In this document: positions 27,593-38,351 of the stretch, in pieces
Numbering within the stretch: the first letter of the stretch is position 1
Layout of the letters: every line of letters starts with the position of its first letter
Source of the DNA: Alphaproteobacteria bacterium
Lineage (GTDB): Bacteria; Pseudomonadota; Alphaproteobacteria; HIMB59; GCA-002718135
Assembly (NCBI GenBank): GCA_045560915.1
Contig: JBJKYT010000016.1
Coordinates: forward strand, 1-51,876
DNA length: 51,876 nucleotides
Direction: 5' to 3'
The notes under the pieces: generated by a model
What the model saw: only the letters and a program-made list of their open reading frames with translations
Database searches by the model: none
Told to the model about the DNA's origin: nothing
Position numbers and translations under genes: made by a program

Positions 27593-28792
27593 ATGAGAAG
27601 TATAGAAGATAAAAATTTAAGTAAAAAAAATATTTTAGTTAGAGTAGATCTTAATGTACCTGTTGTTAATAATCAGATAACTGACAGATCAAGGATTAAA
27701 TCAATAATACCAACTTTGAATAAGTTGAAAGATTCTAATAATAAAATTTTTTTAATTTCTCATTTTGGAAGACCTAAGGGCATTAAAAATAAAAAATATT
27801 CTTTAAAATTTATATGCAGTATTCTTGAAGAAGAAATAAATATCAAAAAGATCTATTTTCTGAAAGACTTCGATGAAAAAAATATTCAGAATATGATTAA
27901 CGATATTAAGCCAGGAGATATTTGTCTTTTTGAGAATATTCGATTTTATTCAGCTGAAGAAAAGAATGATCTAGATTTTGCTAAAAATATTAGTAAAAAT
28001 TTTGATGTATTTGTTAATGACGCTTTTTCTTGCTCTCATAGAAAACATGCATCAATAGTTGGTCTTCCAACTTTTTTACCATCATATCTAGGATATAGTT
28101 TTTTAAAAGAAATCAATAATCTTAATTCTTTATTATCTAATAAAGAAAAACCAAATTTAGCAATTATTGGTGGCTCAAAAATTTCTACTAAAATAGAATT
28201 ACTTTTTAATTTGTCTTATTATTTTGATGCAATAGTTATTGGAGGAGCTATGGCTAATACTTTTTTATATGCAAAAAAAATCAACATAGGAAAATCCTTA
28301 ATTGAAAAAAACTATAATGAAGTTGTTTTTTCAATTATTAATAAAGCGAAAGAAAATAATTGTGAAATCATCCTGCCAATTGATGTTGTCTGTGCAAATA
28401 ATTTAAACGAAAAAGAAACTGTTAGAAGATGTGGGATAGATAATGTATCTGACTCACAAATGATTTTAGATATTGGACCTAAAACAACTCAAATAATCTC
28501 ACAATATATTAATAAATCAAAATTGATTTTATGGAATGGACCTTTAGGAGCTTTTGAATATCCATCTTTTGCGGAGTCTTCTATTAGAATTGCCAATATT
28601 ATAAAGTCATGCTCAGTCAACTCTGAAATCATTAGTATTGCTGGAGGTGGAGATACAAACTCTGTTATAAAAATTGCTAAAGCAAAAGATGGTTTTTCTT
28701 ATATTTCAAATGCCGGAGGAGCATTTCTTGAGTGGTTAGAGGGAGGTGGATCCCCAGGTTTTAATGCAATTGAAAACAATAATGTAAATTAA
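27593..28792 (+). CDS. pgk: Phosphoglycerate kinase
   Basis: 399 aa with VRVDLNVP, SHFGRPKG, FENIRF, NDAFSCSHRKHAS, GGSKISTKI and GGGDT blocks. Confidence 0.95.
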   Translation: MRSIEDKNLSKKNILVRVDLNVPVVNNQITDRSRIKSIIPTLNKLKDSNNKIFLISHFGRPKGIKNKKYSLKFICSILEEEINIKKIYFLKDFDEKNIQNMINDIKPGDICLFENIRFYSAEEKNDLDFAKNISKNFDVFVNDAFSCSHRKHASIVGLPTFLPSYLGYSFLKEINNLNSLLSNKEKPNLAIIGGSKISTKIELLFNLSYYFDAIVIGGAMANTFLYAKKINIGKSLIEKNYNEVVFSIINKAKENNCEIILPIDVVCANNLNEKETVRRCGIDNVSDSQMILDIGPKTTQIISQYINKSKLILWNGPLGAFEYPSFAESSIRIANIIKSCSVNSEIISIAGGGDTNSVIKIAKAKDGFSYISNAGGAFLEWLEGGGSPGFNAIENNNVN

Positions 28793-29340
28793 TCTTCTAT
28801 TTGATGTTTTTTTAATAGAGAAAATTGGCTTAGAGTAAATATAAATGTAATCGGCAAAATACCAAAAACCTTAAAGTTTACCCATAAATCTGTAGATTGC
28901 GTTCTCCAGATAATTTCATTTAAAATACCAAGAGCTATAAAAAACGCTATCCATCTTTTTGTAAGTATAGCCCATCCTTCCTCGGAGAGTTTTAAAGCAG
29001 AACCCAAAAGTAGTTTTAATAATGGTTTTTTTATAACTTCTCCAGCATATAAAATTATTGCAAAAATAATATTAATTATCGTTGGCTTCATTTTAAAAAA
29101 AACTTCATTGTCAAAATAGATAGTTAGTCCTCCAAAAACTAGAATAATAAATGCTCCAAAAGTTGGCATGATAGGTATTTTTTTTTCTAATATGTAAGAA
29201 AACAATATGGCAACAATTGTTGCAATCATTAATGGTAGAATTGCTGATTGTAATTTTTCTCCTTCTTCACCTGTTGTATAATAAATAAAAAATATTGCTA
29301 AGGGCCCAATATCAATAATTATTTTTGTTAAGCCTTTCAT
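28789..29340 (-). CDS. yciB: Intracellular septation protein A
   Basis: 183-aa 5-TM protein downstream of ftsY with a 4-nt overlap. The N-terminal DIGPLAIFFIYY pattern and the dapF-mtaB-ftsY-yciB synteny support the call. Confidence 0.8.
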   Translation of the reverse strand: MKGLTKIIIDIGPLAIFFIYYTTGEEGEKLQSAILPLMIATIVAILFSYILEKKIPIMPTFGAFIILVFGGLTIYFDNEVFFKMKPTIINIIFAIILYAGEVIKKPLLKLLLGSALKLSEEGWAILTKRWIAFFIALGILNEIIWRTQSTDLWVNFKVFGILPITFIFTLSQFSLLKKHQIED

Positions 29341-30254
29341 TTTTTATTGGTAATTTCAATAATTGATTCAGCAAAATTTTTTGCATTAAATATTAGTAAA
29401 TCTTCCTTTTTTTCTCCCATACCAACAAAGTGAATAGGTAAATCATATTTTTTTGCTATAGCGATTAGTGCTCCACCTTTTGCAGTACCATCGATTTTTG
29501 TTATTATTAATCCTGTTACATTCATTGATTTGCTAAATATTTCAACTTGTTTAATCATATTTGATCCATTAGTTCCATCTAAAACTAAAATTATTTTTAG
29601 ATCGTCTTTATTTATATTTTTTTCTACAACAGTTTTAATCTTTATTAATTGATTTAATAAATTTGCATTATTGGATAGACGGCCTGCAGTATCCAAAATC
29701 ACATAATCATGTCCTTCACTTTTAGCTTTTAAAGTGGCATTATATGCAACACTTGCGGGATCTTGATTAATTTTACCTTCATAGAAATCGACACTTTGTT
29801 TTATCGACCATTCTTTTAATTGTTCAACTGCAGCCGCCCTAAAAGTATCGCAAGCCCCTATTAAAATTTTTTTATCTGAAATAAAATTTATTACTTTTCC
29901 AATAGTAGTAGTTTTTCCACTTCCATTAACACCTATAAACATTAATGCACTGGGCTTATTATCACTTTCTGAAACTAATATTTTTTCTTTAGATTTAAGA
30001 ATTTGTTCTATTTCATTACACAATATTTTTAAAACTAAATTAGAATCTTCTTTACCTGATAATTTAGAGGATTTTATTTTTTCAATTAAGTGATTAGTTA
30101 CTTCAATTCCTATATCACTTGAAAGTAAAATATTTTCAATTTCATCAATTACTTCTTGGTCAATTTTATTCTTTGCTAAAACACTTAATAAACTTGAAGA
30201 GAAAATAGTTGAAGTTTTGTTTAATCCAATTTGAAATTTTTTAAAAATATTCAT
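29337..30254 (-). CDS. ftsY: Signal recognition particle receptor FtsY
   Basis: 305 aa containing only the NG domain: GVNGSGKTTTIGK, DTFRAAA, DTAGRL, TKIDGTAKGG. Confidence 0.93.
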   Translation of the reverse strand: MNIFKKFQIGLNKTSTIFSSSLLSVLAKNKIDQEVIDEIENILLSSDIGIEVTNHLIEKIKSSKLSGKEDSNLVLKILCNEIEQILKSKEKILVSESDNKPSALMFIGVNGSGKTTTIGKVINFISDKKILIGACDTFRAAAVEQLKEWSIKQSVDFYEGKINQDPASVAYNATLKAKSEGHDYVILDTAGRLSNNANLLNQLIKIKTVVEKNINKDDLKIILVLDGTNGSNMIKQVEIFSKSMNVTGLIITKIDGTAKGGALIAIAKKYDLPIHFVGMGEKKEDLLIFNAKNFAESIIEITNKK

Positions 30255-30258
30255 TAAA

Positions 30259-31521
30259 TTAGATAATATTTCCCTTTAAGATATTGTCATTAAAATCTGT
30301 AATTTTACAATTTATTATTTGACCTATATGCATTTTTTTATCAATTTTAGTTTTAATAAAATGTTGAGATTTTCCAAATGATGAATTATCTTTTACTTCT
30401 TCAACTAATACAGAAGCATAATTACCAATTTGTTTTTTTAATAATTTCTTCATTTCCTTATTTCCTGCTTCTCTTAATAATTTTGCTCTTTTTTTAATTA
30501 TTTCTCGTGGAACTTGAGGCATCCTTGCTGCTGGAGTACCTTCTCTTGGAGAATATGGAAAAATATGTAAATGTGTTAAATTACATTCTTCAATCATAGA
30601 TAGGGAATCTTTAAACATAATTTCTGTTTCTGTAGGAAAACCAGCAATAATATCTGCTCCCAGAACTACGTCAGGTCTAAATGATCTAATTTTTTTACAG
30701 AAATCAATAACTTGTTTATTGTTATGTCTTCTTTTCATCCTTTTTAAAATTAAATCGTTTCCAGCTTGTAAACTTAAATGAAAATGTGGCATAATCCTCT
30801 TGTCATTAAGTAGTGGCCAGAAATCATCGTTAATTTCAGCACAATCAATTGAAGACAGCCTCAATTGTTTCAGCTGTGGCACTAAATTGAGGATTCGTTT
30901 AATAAGTTGAAAAAGATTTGGTTTTCCAGGCAAATCTTTTCCATAATCTGTTATATCTACTCCTGTTAAAACAATTTCATTATAACCATTATCTACAAGT
31001 TTTGTAATTCGATTTACAATTACCCCTACCGGTACACTTCTATTGTTACCTCTGCCAAATGGGATAATACAGAATGTGCAACGATGATCACACCCCTGTT
31101 GTATTTCAATATATGCTCTCGATTTACCTTCAAATTTTTCAATTAAATTATTATGTAATTTATTATCTGAAAAAATATTATTAACTTTAATAGGATCATT
31201 ATTTGATAAATTATTCCAAGTTGAACTTTCTAATTTTTCCTTGTTTCCTATTACAAAGTCAACATCACTTATTTCAGCATATTTTTTGGGATTAATTTGT
31301 GCAGCACACCCAGTTACAATAATTTTTTTATTTGGGGAGTATTTTTTTGATTTTCTAATTTCATACAATACTTTTTTTTCAGCTTGTTCAGTTACAGCAC
31401 AAGAGTTGATTATTGTATAATTTTTAATATCACTTTTTTTTACTAAAGTGTTCATCACCTCACCTTCAAAAATATTTAATCTACAACCAAGATTTACAAT
31501 ATCTACTCGATTTTTTTTCAT
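30259..31521 (-). CDS. mtaB: Radical-SAM methylthiotransferase, MtaB-like (MiaB family)
   Basis: 420 aa with an N-terminal UPF0004 Cys pattern (GCRLN...SCAVT...GC), the radical SAM CDHRCTFCIIP motif and a C-terminal TRAM-like domain. Confidence 0.85.
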   Translation of the reverse strand: MKKNRVDIVNLGCRLNIFEGEVMNTLVKKSDIKNYTIINSCAVTEQAEKKVLYEIRKSKKYSPNKKIIVTGCAAQINPKKYAEISDVDFVIGNKEKLESSTWNNLSNNDPIKVNNIFSDNKLHNNLIEKFEGKSRAYIEIQQGCDHRCTFCIIPFGRGNNRSVPVGVIVNRITKLVDNGYNEIVLTGVDITDYGKDLPGKPNLFQLIKRILNLVPQLKQLRLSSIDCAEINDDFWPLLNDKRIMPHFHLSLQAGNDLILKRMKRRHNNKQVIDFCKKIRSFRPDVVLGADIIAGFPTETEIMFKDSLSMIEECNLTHLHIFPYSPREGTPAARMPQVPREIIKKRAKLLREAGNKEMKKLLKKQIGNYASVLVEEVKDNSSFGKSQHFIKTKIDKKMHIGQIINCKITDFNDNILKGNII

Positions 31522-31524
31522 AAT

Positions 31525-32346
31525 TTAGTCATCTAAACTTCCGTAAAAACTTATCTCTGCAGGCCCTGTCATTATTGCTTCATTATTAACTATGTTTATA
31601 TATAATGAACCTCTTTCTAAAATCACCTCAACTTCATTTTCAAGAAGGTTTTTTAATATTCCTGCATATACTGAAGCACAAGCTCCACTTCCACAGGCTA
31701 AAGTAAGCCCAGCTCCTCGCTCCCATACCCTTATTTTAATTTTATTTCTATTTATGATTTCTACTAGCTCAACATTTATTCTATTAGGAAAAAACTTATG
31801 ATTTTCTATAGTAGGTCCTATATTAATTAAATCAACATCATTTATATTTTGTCCAAAAAAAACTAAATGAGGATTACCAATATTTACTGCTACTCCATTA
31901 CTAAAATCATTTATTTTTATTGGAACATTCATGGTATCCAAATCTTTGATTATGGGGATTTTTTTCCAATTAGTTGTAAGCTTACCTAAATTAACACTAA
32001 TATTTTTATCTTTTTGTTTAGCTATTAAAATTCCAGCATCAGAAAGTATTTTGACATCATTTTTATTTAACTCTTCAAATAATAATTTTGCTACACATCT
32101 GGTTCCATTCCCACAAGCTTCTGCTTGATCACCACTGGGATTATATATTTTTATTTCAGCATCTATATCAATATCTTTTTTACTACTGTTATTAATAGTG
32201 ATTAATTGATCACAACCAGCACCACTTTTTCTGTCACTTAATTTACTTATTAACTCTTTTGTAATGTTAATTTCATTGACTCTTCTATCAATGATGACAA
32301 AATCATTACCTAAGCCGTGCATTTTGATAAAATTTATTTTTTGCAT
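31525..32346 (-). CDS. dapF: Diaminopimelate epimerase
   Basis: Homology begins at the internal Met (MQKINFIKMHGLGNDFVIID), so I place the start at 32346 rather than 32406. The catalytic Cys blocks are ACGNGTRC and ACGSGACA. Confidence 0.9.
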   Translation of the reverse strand: MQKINFIKMHGLGNDFVIIDRRVNEINITKELISKLSDRKSGAGCDQLITINNSSKKDIDIDAEIKIYNPSGDQAEACGNGTRCVAKLLFEELNKNDVKILSDAGILIAKQKDKNISVNLGKLTTNWKKIPIIKDLDTMNVPIKINDFSNGVAVNIGNPHLVFFGQNINDVDLINIGPTIENHKFFPNRINVELVEIINRNKIKIRVWERGAGLTLACGSGACASVYAGILKNLLENEVEVILERGSLYINIVNNEAIMTGPAEISFYGSLDD

Positions 32347-32539
32347 AAAAATGCTTTTATGACTGTTTTTTCGAAGAATTCCAGTAAAAATTCCATCACT
32401 TATCAAATCTTGACTTTAATGCTCTATTTCAATATGCGTTCCTTAAAATTCATTAAATGAAATTTTACTAACTTATCAGTTTTGATAGGTACATCAGCCC
32501 ACGAGTTTCGTGCCCTGGTGTGAAAGGTTATTTGATATT

Positions 32540-33907
32540 ATGTTTGAAACATTAAATGAAAGATTAGAAAAAATTGTCAACTCCATTAGAGGCAAGGCAG
32601 TAATTTCAGAGTCAGATCTTGATAATACTATGAGAGAAATAAGAATTTCTCTTCTAGAAGCTGATGTAGCTCTTTCAGTAGTTAAGAGTTTTGTAGATAA
32701 CATAAAGGCAAATATTTTAGGTAAAGAAGTTTTAAAATCAATAAAACCTGATCAAATGATTATTAAATTAGTTCAAGACGAACTAATTAAAATTCTTGGT
32801 GATAATAATGAACCTTTAAATATTCAAAAAAATAGTTTAACAAAAATTCTTTTCTGTGGACTTCAAGGATCAGGTAAAACGACAACTGTTGCAAAAATTG
32901 CAAATGACATTAAAAAAAATACAAAGAAAAAAATTTTATTAGTTTCAGTTGATATTTATCGTCCAGCAGCCCAAGAACAATTAAAGGTATTAGCTAATCA
33001 AATTGATGTAGACTTTTATGACAGCAAAAACTCTGATTCTGTTAATAATATATTAAGCGAATCATTAAATTTTGCAGAGAAAAATTTAGTAGATATTATT
33101 TTATTAGACACAGCTGGAAGGCAAGTCATTGATGAAGCAATGATGAAAGAGTTAAAAGACATAAATGATTTTTTTAGTCCTAATGAAACACTTCTAGTGG
33201 CCGATTCTTTGACTGGCCAAGATGCAGCAAACATAGCTAAAAGTTTTAGTAATACTGTAAATATTACTGGATCTATTCTAACTAGAATTGATGGAGATGG
33301 AAGAGGTGGGGCAGCTTTATCAATAAAATCAATAACTGGAGCTCCAATCAAATTTATTGGTACAGGAGAAAAAATTGATCAACTTGAAGCTTTTTATCCT
33401 GAGAGAATAGCTAATAGAATTCTTGGGATGGGAGACATTGTTTCATTAGTAGAAAAAGCTTCTGAAAATATAGATCAACAAGAAGCAGAAATTTTAGCAA
33501 AAAAAATGGCTAAAGGTAATTTTGACTTAGAAGATTTTGCTAAACAACTTAAGCAAATGGGAAAGATGGGGGGAGTATCAGGTATTATGTCTATGCTACC
33601 AGGAATTTCAAAAGCACAAAAACTAATGGCTGAAAATAAAATATCAGATGACATGATTAAACATCAGATTGCAATAATTAATTCAATGACAAAAAAAGAG
33701 AAATCTAATCCAGATTTAATAAAAGCATCAAGAAAAATTCGTATCTCCAAAGGCTCTGGCACTAGAGTACAAGATGTAAACAAATTATTAAAACAGTTTC
33801 TTCAATCTCAAAAGATGATGAAAAAAATGAAATCCATGGGAAAAGGCGGTCTTCCGAGTGATTTTATGAATAAATTGCAAGGAAAATTACCACCAAATTT
33901 AAATTGA
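32540..33907 (+). CDS. ffh: Signal recognition particle protein Ffh
   Basis: Homology begins at MFETLNERLEKIV (ATG 32540); the tracked 32510 GTG extension is unlikely. It has GLQGSGKTTT, DTAGR, TRIDGDGRGGAALS and a Met-rich M domain. Confidence 0.95.
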   Translation: MFETLNERLEKIVNSIRGKAVISESDLDNTMREIRISLLEADVALSVVKSFVDNIKANILGKEVLKSIKPDQMIIKLVQDELIKILGDNNEPLNIQKNSLTKILFCGLQGSGKTTTVAKIANDIKKNTKKKILLVSVDIYRPAAQEQLKVLANQIDVDFYDSKNSDSVNNILSESLNFAEKNLVDIILLDTAGRQVIDEAMMKELKDINDFFSPNETLLVADSLTGQDAANIAKSFSNTVNITGSILTRIDGDGRGGAALSIKSITGAPIKFIGTGEKIDQLEAFYPERIANRILGMGDIVSLVEKASENIDQQEAEILAKKMAKGNFDLEDFAKQLKQMGKMGGVSGIMSMLPGISKAQKLMAENKISDDMIKHQIAIINSMTKKEKSNPDLIKASRKIRISKGSGTRVQDVNKLLKQFLQSQKMMKKMKSMGKGGLPSDFMNKLQGKLPPNLN

Positions 33908-33924
33908 TATAGAAAGGAAAAAAT

Positions 33925-34476
33925 ATGCCAGTTAGAATCAGACTATCAAGAGGGGGAGCAAAAAAGAGACCTTATTATCGAATAGTTGTAGCAGATTCAA
34001 GACGTGCCAGAGATGGTAAATTTATTGAACAGATAGGTACATACAACCCAATGCTAACAAAAGATAACCCAGAAAGAGTTAAAGTAGATTTAGACAAAGC
34101 AAAAGATTGGATTGGGAAAGGTGCACAACCAAGTAACAGAGTTCAATTGTTTTTGAGTTCTATGGGTGTTGGAGAAAAACCTATCATTACTGAAAAAACA
34201 AAAAAACATCTTCCAAAGAAAAAAGCAGAAGAAAAACCTGTTGAAGCTAAAGCAGAAGAAAAACCGGCTGAAGAAAAACCTGTTGAAGCTAAAGCAGAAG
34301 AAAAACCTGCTGAAGAAAAACCTGTTGAAGCTAAAGCAGAAGAAAAACCTGTTGAAGCTAAAGCAGAAGAAAAACCTGCTGAAGAAAAACCTGTTGAAGC
34401 TAAAGCAGAAGAAAAACCTGCTGAAGAAAAACCTGTTGAAGCTAAAGCAGAAGAAAAACCTGCTAAGGAGAAATAA
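33925..34476 (+). CDS. rpsP: 30S ribosomal protein S16 with a ~100-aa repetitive C-terminal extension
   Basis: The N-terminal ~85 aa ([42 protein letters not shown]) are canonical S16. The remainder is AEEKP(V/A)EAK repeats. Confidence 0.9.
   Translation: MPVRIRLSRGGAKKRPYYRIVVADSRRARDGKFIEQIGTYNPMLTKDNPERVKVDLDKAKDWIGKGAQPSNRVQLFLSSMGVGEKPIITEKTKKHLPKKKAEEKPVEAKAEEKPAEEKPVEAKAEEKPAEEKPVEAKAEEKPVEAKAEEKPAEEKPVEAKAEEKPAEEKPVEAKAEEKPAKEK
34222..34476 (+). repeat. Near-perfect in-frame tandem repeats (27-nt and 42-nt units) in the rpsP 3' region
   Basis: aaagcagaagaaaaacctgttgaagct alternates with aaagcagaagaaaaacc(t/g)gctgaagaaaaacctgttgaagct. I see only one nucleotide difference (ccggct versus cctgct) across six units. 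Confidence 0.9.
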
Positions 34477-34512
34477 AAATTATAATTTTTAAGTACTTAA
34501 TAATTAGGTAAA

Positions 34513-35022
34513 ATGAAAAAAAATCAAATGGTTCTTGTAGGCTCTTTTGGTAACCCCAGAGGTTTAGAGGGTGATATAATTATCAATATTTTTATGTCTA
34601 ATTTAAAATCTTTTAAAATGTTAAAAGAATTTTTTTTAGAAGAAAATAAAACAATTTTACATTTTACTTACTTTAAAAAAATAGGATCTAAATATATAGC
34701 TAGTTTAGATAAATGTTGTGATAGAAACACAGCATTATTATTTAAAGGAAAAAATATTTATTCTTATAGAAAAAACTTTCCAAGATTAAAAAAAAGCGAG
34801 TTTTATTCAACAGATTTAATTGGTTGTAAAGTTACTAATATAAAAAATAAATTTCTTGGAAATGTTACAGATTTAAAAAATTTTGGAGCAGGTGATTTAC
34901 TTGAAATTTACGATGAAAAGAAAAAGAATTTTTTTATTCCAATGGATAAAAATAACATTGTAAGCGTTGATATTGTAAATAAAATTATAATTACTGATCC
35001 TTTATTAGGACTTATAGACTGA
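34513..35022 (+). CDS. rimM: 16S rRNA processing protein RimM
   Basis: 169 aa. The calls rests on the N-terminal VLVGSFGNPRGLEGDI pattern, the C-terminal PRC-barrel-like region and its position between rpsP and trmD. Confidence 0.8.
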   Translation: MKKNQMVLVGSFGNPRGLEGDIIINIFMSNLKSFKMLKEFFLEENKTILHFTYFKKIGSKYIASLDKCCDRNTALLFKGKNIYSYRKNFPRLKKSEFYSTDLIGCKVTNIKNKFLGNVTDLKNFGAGDLLEIYDEKKKNFFIPMDKNNIVSVDIVNKIIITDPLLGLID

Positions 35023-35732
35023 TGTTAGATGTTAAAATATTAACCGCTTATCCAAATATGTTTCCTGGGACACTAAATCATTCTTTAATTGGAAATGCAT
35101 TAAAAGAGAAAAAATGGACGCTTGAGGTGATTAATTTACATAATTTTGGTTATGATAATACTAAAAGTATTGATGATGAGCCTTTTGGAGGTGGTCCTGG
35201 CATGATTATTCGAGCTGATGTAGTAGAAAAAGCCTTACTTTCTATAGAATATCCTAATAATATTAAGAGAAAATTAATATATTTAACTCCTTCGGGTACC
35301 CCTTTAAAGCAAGCAAATTTATTAGAATTTTCAAGATTTAACCAATTAATTATACTTTGTGGGAGATTTGAAGGGGTAGACCAGAGAGCAATAAATGTTT
35401 TGGATTTCTCAGAAATTAGCATTGGAGATTATATTTTAATGGGAGGAGAAACAGCAGCTCAAGTATTAGTTGAAGGTTGTATTCGTTTGCTTCCTGGAGT
35501 ATTAGGGCAGCCTAAAAGCTTATTAGAAGAAAGTTTTTCTAATGATCTTTTAGAGTATCCGCATTATACCAGACCTAAAGTTTGGAGAGATACTAATAAC
35601 AATAATCATGAAATTCCTGAAGTATTAATTTCAGGACATCATGAAAAGATTAAAGAGTGGAGATTAAAAAAGTCTATTGAGAGAACTAAAATGATTAGGC
35701 CAGATTTATTAATTAAAGATAAGAAAGCATAA
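35022..35732 (+). CDS. trmD: tRNA (guanine37-N1)-methyltransferase
   Basis: 236 aa with [34 protein letters not shown] and HH.KI..WR blocks. Confidence 0.93.
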   Translation: MLDVKILTAYPNMFPGTLNHSLIGNALKEKKWTLEVINLHNFGYDNTKSIDDEPFGGGPGMIIRADVVEKALLSIEYPNNIKRKLIYLTPSGTPLKQANLLEFSRFNQLIILCGRFEGVDQRAINVLDFSEISIGDYILMGGETAAQVLVEGCIRLLPGVLGQPKSLLEESFSNDLLEYPHYTRPKVWRDTNNNNHEIPEVLISGHHEKIKEWRLKKSIERTKMIRPDLLIKDKKA

Positions 35733-35740
35733 GGAAAAGA

Positions 35741-36361
35741 ATGAATAATTTATTAGAAAAATTTGAAAAAAAACAAATTGAAAATCTTACTTCAAAAAAA
35801 AGAATTCCTGCTTTTCGTCCTGGAGATACAATTAAAGTGACTTTAAAGATTACTGAGGGTGATAAGTCGCGACTACAATCTTTTGAAGGAATGTGTATTG
35901 CGAGAAAAAACAATTCAGTTAATTCAAAATTTACTCTAAGAAAAATTTCTCATGGTGAAGGTGTAGAAAGAGTTTTTCCTCTTTTTAGTGCCAACATAGA
36001 TAAAATAGAAGTTATACGTAAAGGTAATGTTAAAAGAGCAAAATTATATTATCTTCGTGATCGAACAGGGAAAAGTGCTCGAATTGCAGATCGTGATAGA
36101 GGCGATGAAGCTGATCAATATGCGATGACTGAAGAAGAAGTAATATCAGAAAATAGTTCTAAAGAAACTTCAATTGAAACAAACCAAACTGAATCAATTG
36201 AACAAAACACTGAACCTAAGGCAGAAGAGGAGCAAATAAAAAAAGAAGCGTCTGAACAACCTTTACATGAAGAAAAAAAAGAAGATGCGAAAAAAGAATC
36301 AGTAAAATCAGAAGCTCCTGCTGAAGAAACTGAAAAAAAAACGGATGAACAATCCAAATAA
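35741..36361 (+). CDS. rplS: 50S ribosomal protein L19 with a ~85-aa acidic C-terminal extension
   Basis: The N-terminal ~120 aa are canonical L19 ([12 protein letters not shown]...[10 protein letters not shown]...[19 protein letters not shown]...[12 protein letters not shown]). An E/K/S/T-rich tail follows. Confidence 0.9.
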   Translation: MNNLLEKFEKKQIENLTSKKRIPAFRPGDTIKVTLKITEGDKSRLQSFEGMCIARKNNSVNSKFTLRKISHGEGVERVFPLFSANIDKIEVIRKGNVKRAKLYYLRDRTGKSARIADRDRGDEADQYAMTEEEVISENSSKETSIETNQTESIEQNTEPKAEEEQIKKEASEQPLHEEKKEDAKKESVKSEAPAEETEKKTDEQSK

Positions 36362-37748
36362 TAAAACATTATTTGATAAAATTTGGTCTCATCATCTTGT
36401 CCACCAACAAGAAGATGGTACTTGTCTAATTTATATTGATCGTCATTTAGTTCACGAGGTAACAAGTCCTCAAGCATTTGAGGGTTTGAGAGAAAATAAC
36501 AGAAAAGTACATCGTCCAGAGAGCACTTTTGCTGTTGCCGACCATAATGTTCCTACCTCCGATAGATCTAAAGGTATTGATAATGAAGAAAGTAGAATAC
36601 AAGTAGAAACACTAGAAAATAACTGTAAAGAATTTGGAGTTACTTTATTTCCTCTTCTAGATAAACGACAAGGTATTGTTCATATAGTCGGTCCTGAACA
36701 AGGTATTACACAGCCAGGAATGACTATTGTATGTGGAGATAGTCACACTGCCACACATGGTGCTTTTGGTGCACTTGCTTTTGGAATAGGTACTAGTGAA
36801 GTAGAACATGTTTTAGCTAGTCAGACTCTTATTCAACAACCTGCAAAAAATATGAAGATTTCTGTTGATGGAAAATTAAAATCTGGGGTTACAGCAAAAG
36901 ATATTATTCTTCATATTATAGGTATGATTGGTACAGCTGGTGGAACAGGGTATGTTATTGAATATACTGGCGACGTTATTCATGCACTTAGTATGGAAGG
37001 ACGTATGACAATATGTAATATGAGCATAGAAGCTGGAGCAAGAGCAGGTCTAATAGCACCTGATCAAAAAACCTTTGATTATATTAAAGGTAGACCATAT
37101 GCACCTAAAGGTGAAGAATGGGAAAAAGCTGTTGAATTTTGGAAGACATTACCTTCTGATGATGACGCAGAATATGATAAAGAAATAATCATTAATGCTG
37201 AAGATATTGCTCCTCAAATTACATGGGGAACTAGCCCTCAAGATGTTGTGCCAATTAATGGAAAGGTCCCAAACCCCTCATCTGTTGAAGATGTTAATAG
37301 AAAAAAATCAATTGAGCGATCACTTGAATATATGGGTCTAGAACCAGATCAAGAAATAAATAAAATTAAAATTGATAAAGTTTTTATTGGATCATGTACA
37401 AACGGTAGAATTGAGGATCTAAGAGAAGTTGCAAGAGTAGTTAAAGGAAAAAAAGTTAGTGTTGATTCAATGATTGTTCCTGGATCTGGTCTAGTGAAAG
37501 AACAAGCAGAGAGTGAAGGATTGGATAAAATTTTTATTGAAGCAGGCTTTGATTGGAGAGAACCAGGATGTTCAATGTGTTTAGCAATGAATCCAGATCA
37601 ATTACAACCAAGAGAAAGATGTGCTTCAACATCAAATAGAAATTTTGAAGGCAGACAAGGTAGAGAAGGTAGAACACATTTGGTTAGTCCAGTTGTTGCT
37701 GCCGCTTCTGCAATTAAAGGCTCGTTTGCTCAGGAGACTGATTTATAA
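36345..37748 (+). CDS. leuC: 3-isopropylmalate dehydratase large subunit
   Basis: 467 aa with [35 protein letters not shown] and [13 protein letters not shown] blocks. The start overlaps the rplS tail by 17 nt. Confidence 0.95.
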   Translation: MNNPNNKTLFDKIWSHHLVHQQEDGTCLIYIDRHLVHEVTSPQAFEGLRENNRKVHRPESTFAVADHNVPTSDRSKGIDNEESRIQVETLENNCKEFGVTLFPLLDKRQGIVHIVGPEQGITQPGMTIVCGDSHTATHGAFGALAFGIGTSEVEHVLASQTLIQQPAKNMKISVDGKLKSGVTAKDIILHIIGMIGTAGGTGYVIEYTGDVIHALSMEGRMTICNMSIEAGARAGLIAPDQKTFDYIKGRPYAPKGEEWEKAVEFWKTLPSDDDAEYDKEIIINAEDIAPQITWGTSPQDVVPINGKVPNPSSVEDVNRKKSIERSLEYMGLEPDQEINKIKIDKVFIGSCTNGRIEDLREVARVVKGKKVSVDSMIVPGSGLVKEQAESEGLDKIFIEAGFDWREPGCSMCLAMNPDQLQPRERCASTSNRNFEGRQGREGRTHLVSPVVAAASAIKGSFAQETDL

Positions 37749-38350
37749 TGGAAAAATTCATAACTTTAAAAGGTATTGCAGCTCCACTTCCCATGATTAA
37801 TGTTGATACAGATATGATCATACCAAAACAATTTTTAAAAACAATTAAACGTTCTGGTTTGGGTAAAAATCTTTTTCACGAACTAAGATTTGATATACAA
37901 GGTAACATAAAAAATGATTTTGTCTTAAATTGGGATCCTTATAAAAAAGCAACTATTCTTATTGCAGGTGATAATTTTGGTTGTGGTTCAAGTAGAGAAC
38001 ATGCGCCTTGGTCTTTACTAGATTTTGGATTTAAGTGTATTATTGCGCCAAGCTTTGCTGATATTTTTTATAATAATTGTTTTAAAAATGGCATTCTTCC
38101 TATTCGCTTAGAACAAGAAAAAGTGAATATATTAATGACAGAAGCAAAAAATAAAAATCAATTAACTATAAATCTTGATGAACAAAAAATAATTTTTGCA
38201 GATGAAAATATTGTTGAGTTTGATATTGATCCCTTTAGAAAAAAATGTTTGATAGAAGGCCTTGATGATATTGGCTTAACACTTCAAAAAAAAGATAAAA
38301 TTTCTAAGTATGAAGAAAGTATCAAATCATCTCATCCTTGGATAATATAA
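37748..38350 (+). CDS. leuD: 3-isopropylmalate dehydratase small subunit
   Basis: 200 aa with [29 protein letters not shown] and [16 protein letters not shown] blocks. Confidence 0.93.
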   Translation: MEKFITLKGIAAPLPMINVDTDMIIPKQFLKTIKRSGLGKNLFHELRFDIQGNIKNDFVLNWDPYKKATILIAGDNFGCGSSREHAPWSLLDFGFKCIIAPSFADIFYNNCFKNGILPIRLEQEKVNILMTEAKNKNQLTINLDEQKIIFADENIVEFDIDPFRKKCLIEGLDDIGLTLQKKDKISKYEESIKSSHPWII

Positions 38351-38351
38351 A

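Noticed and set aside
32347-32406. N-terminal extensions in the tracked ORFs of dapF (start 32406) and ffh (GTG 32510)
   Set aside because: Family homology starts at the internal Met codons (32346 and 32540), and the extensions are non-conserved-looking.
34166-34492. 108-aa ORF ([14 protein letters not shown]...) in an alternative frame of the rpsP tail
   Set aside because: It is a shadow of the tandem repeat array. It sits entirely inside rpsP in another frame, its periodicity simply mirrors the repeats, and it has no independent start context.
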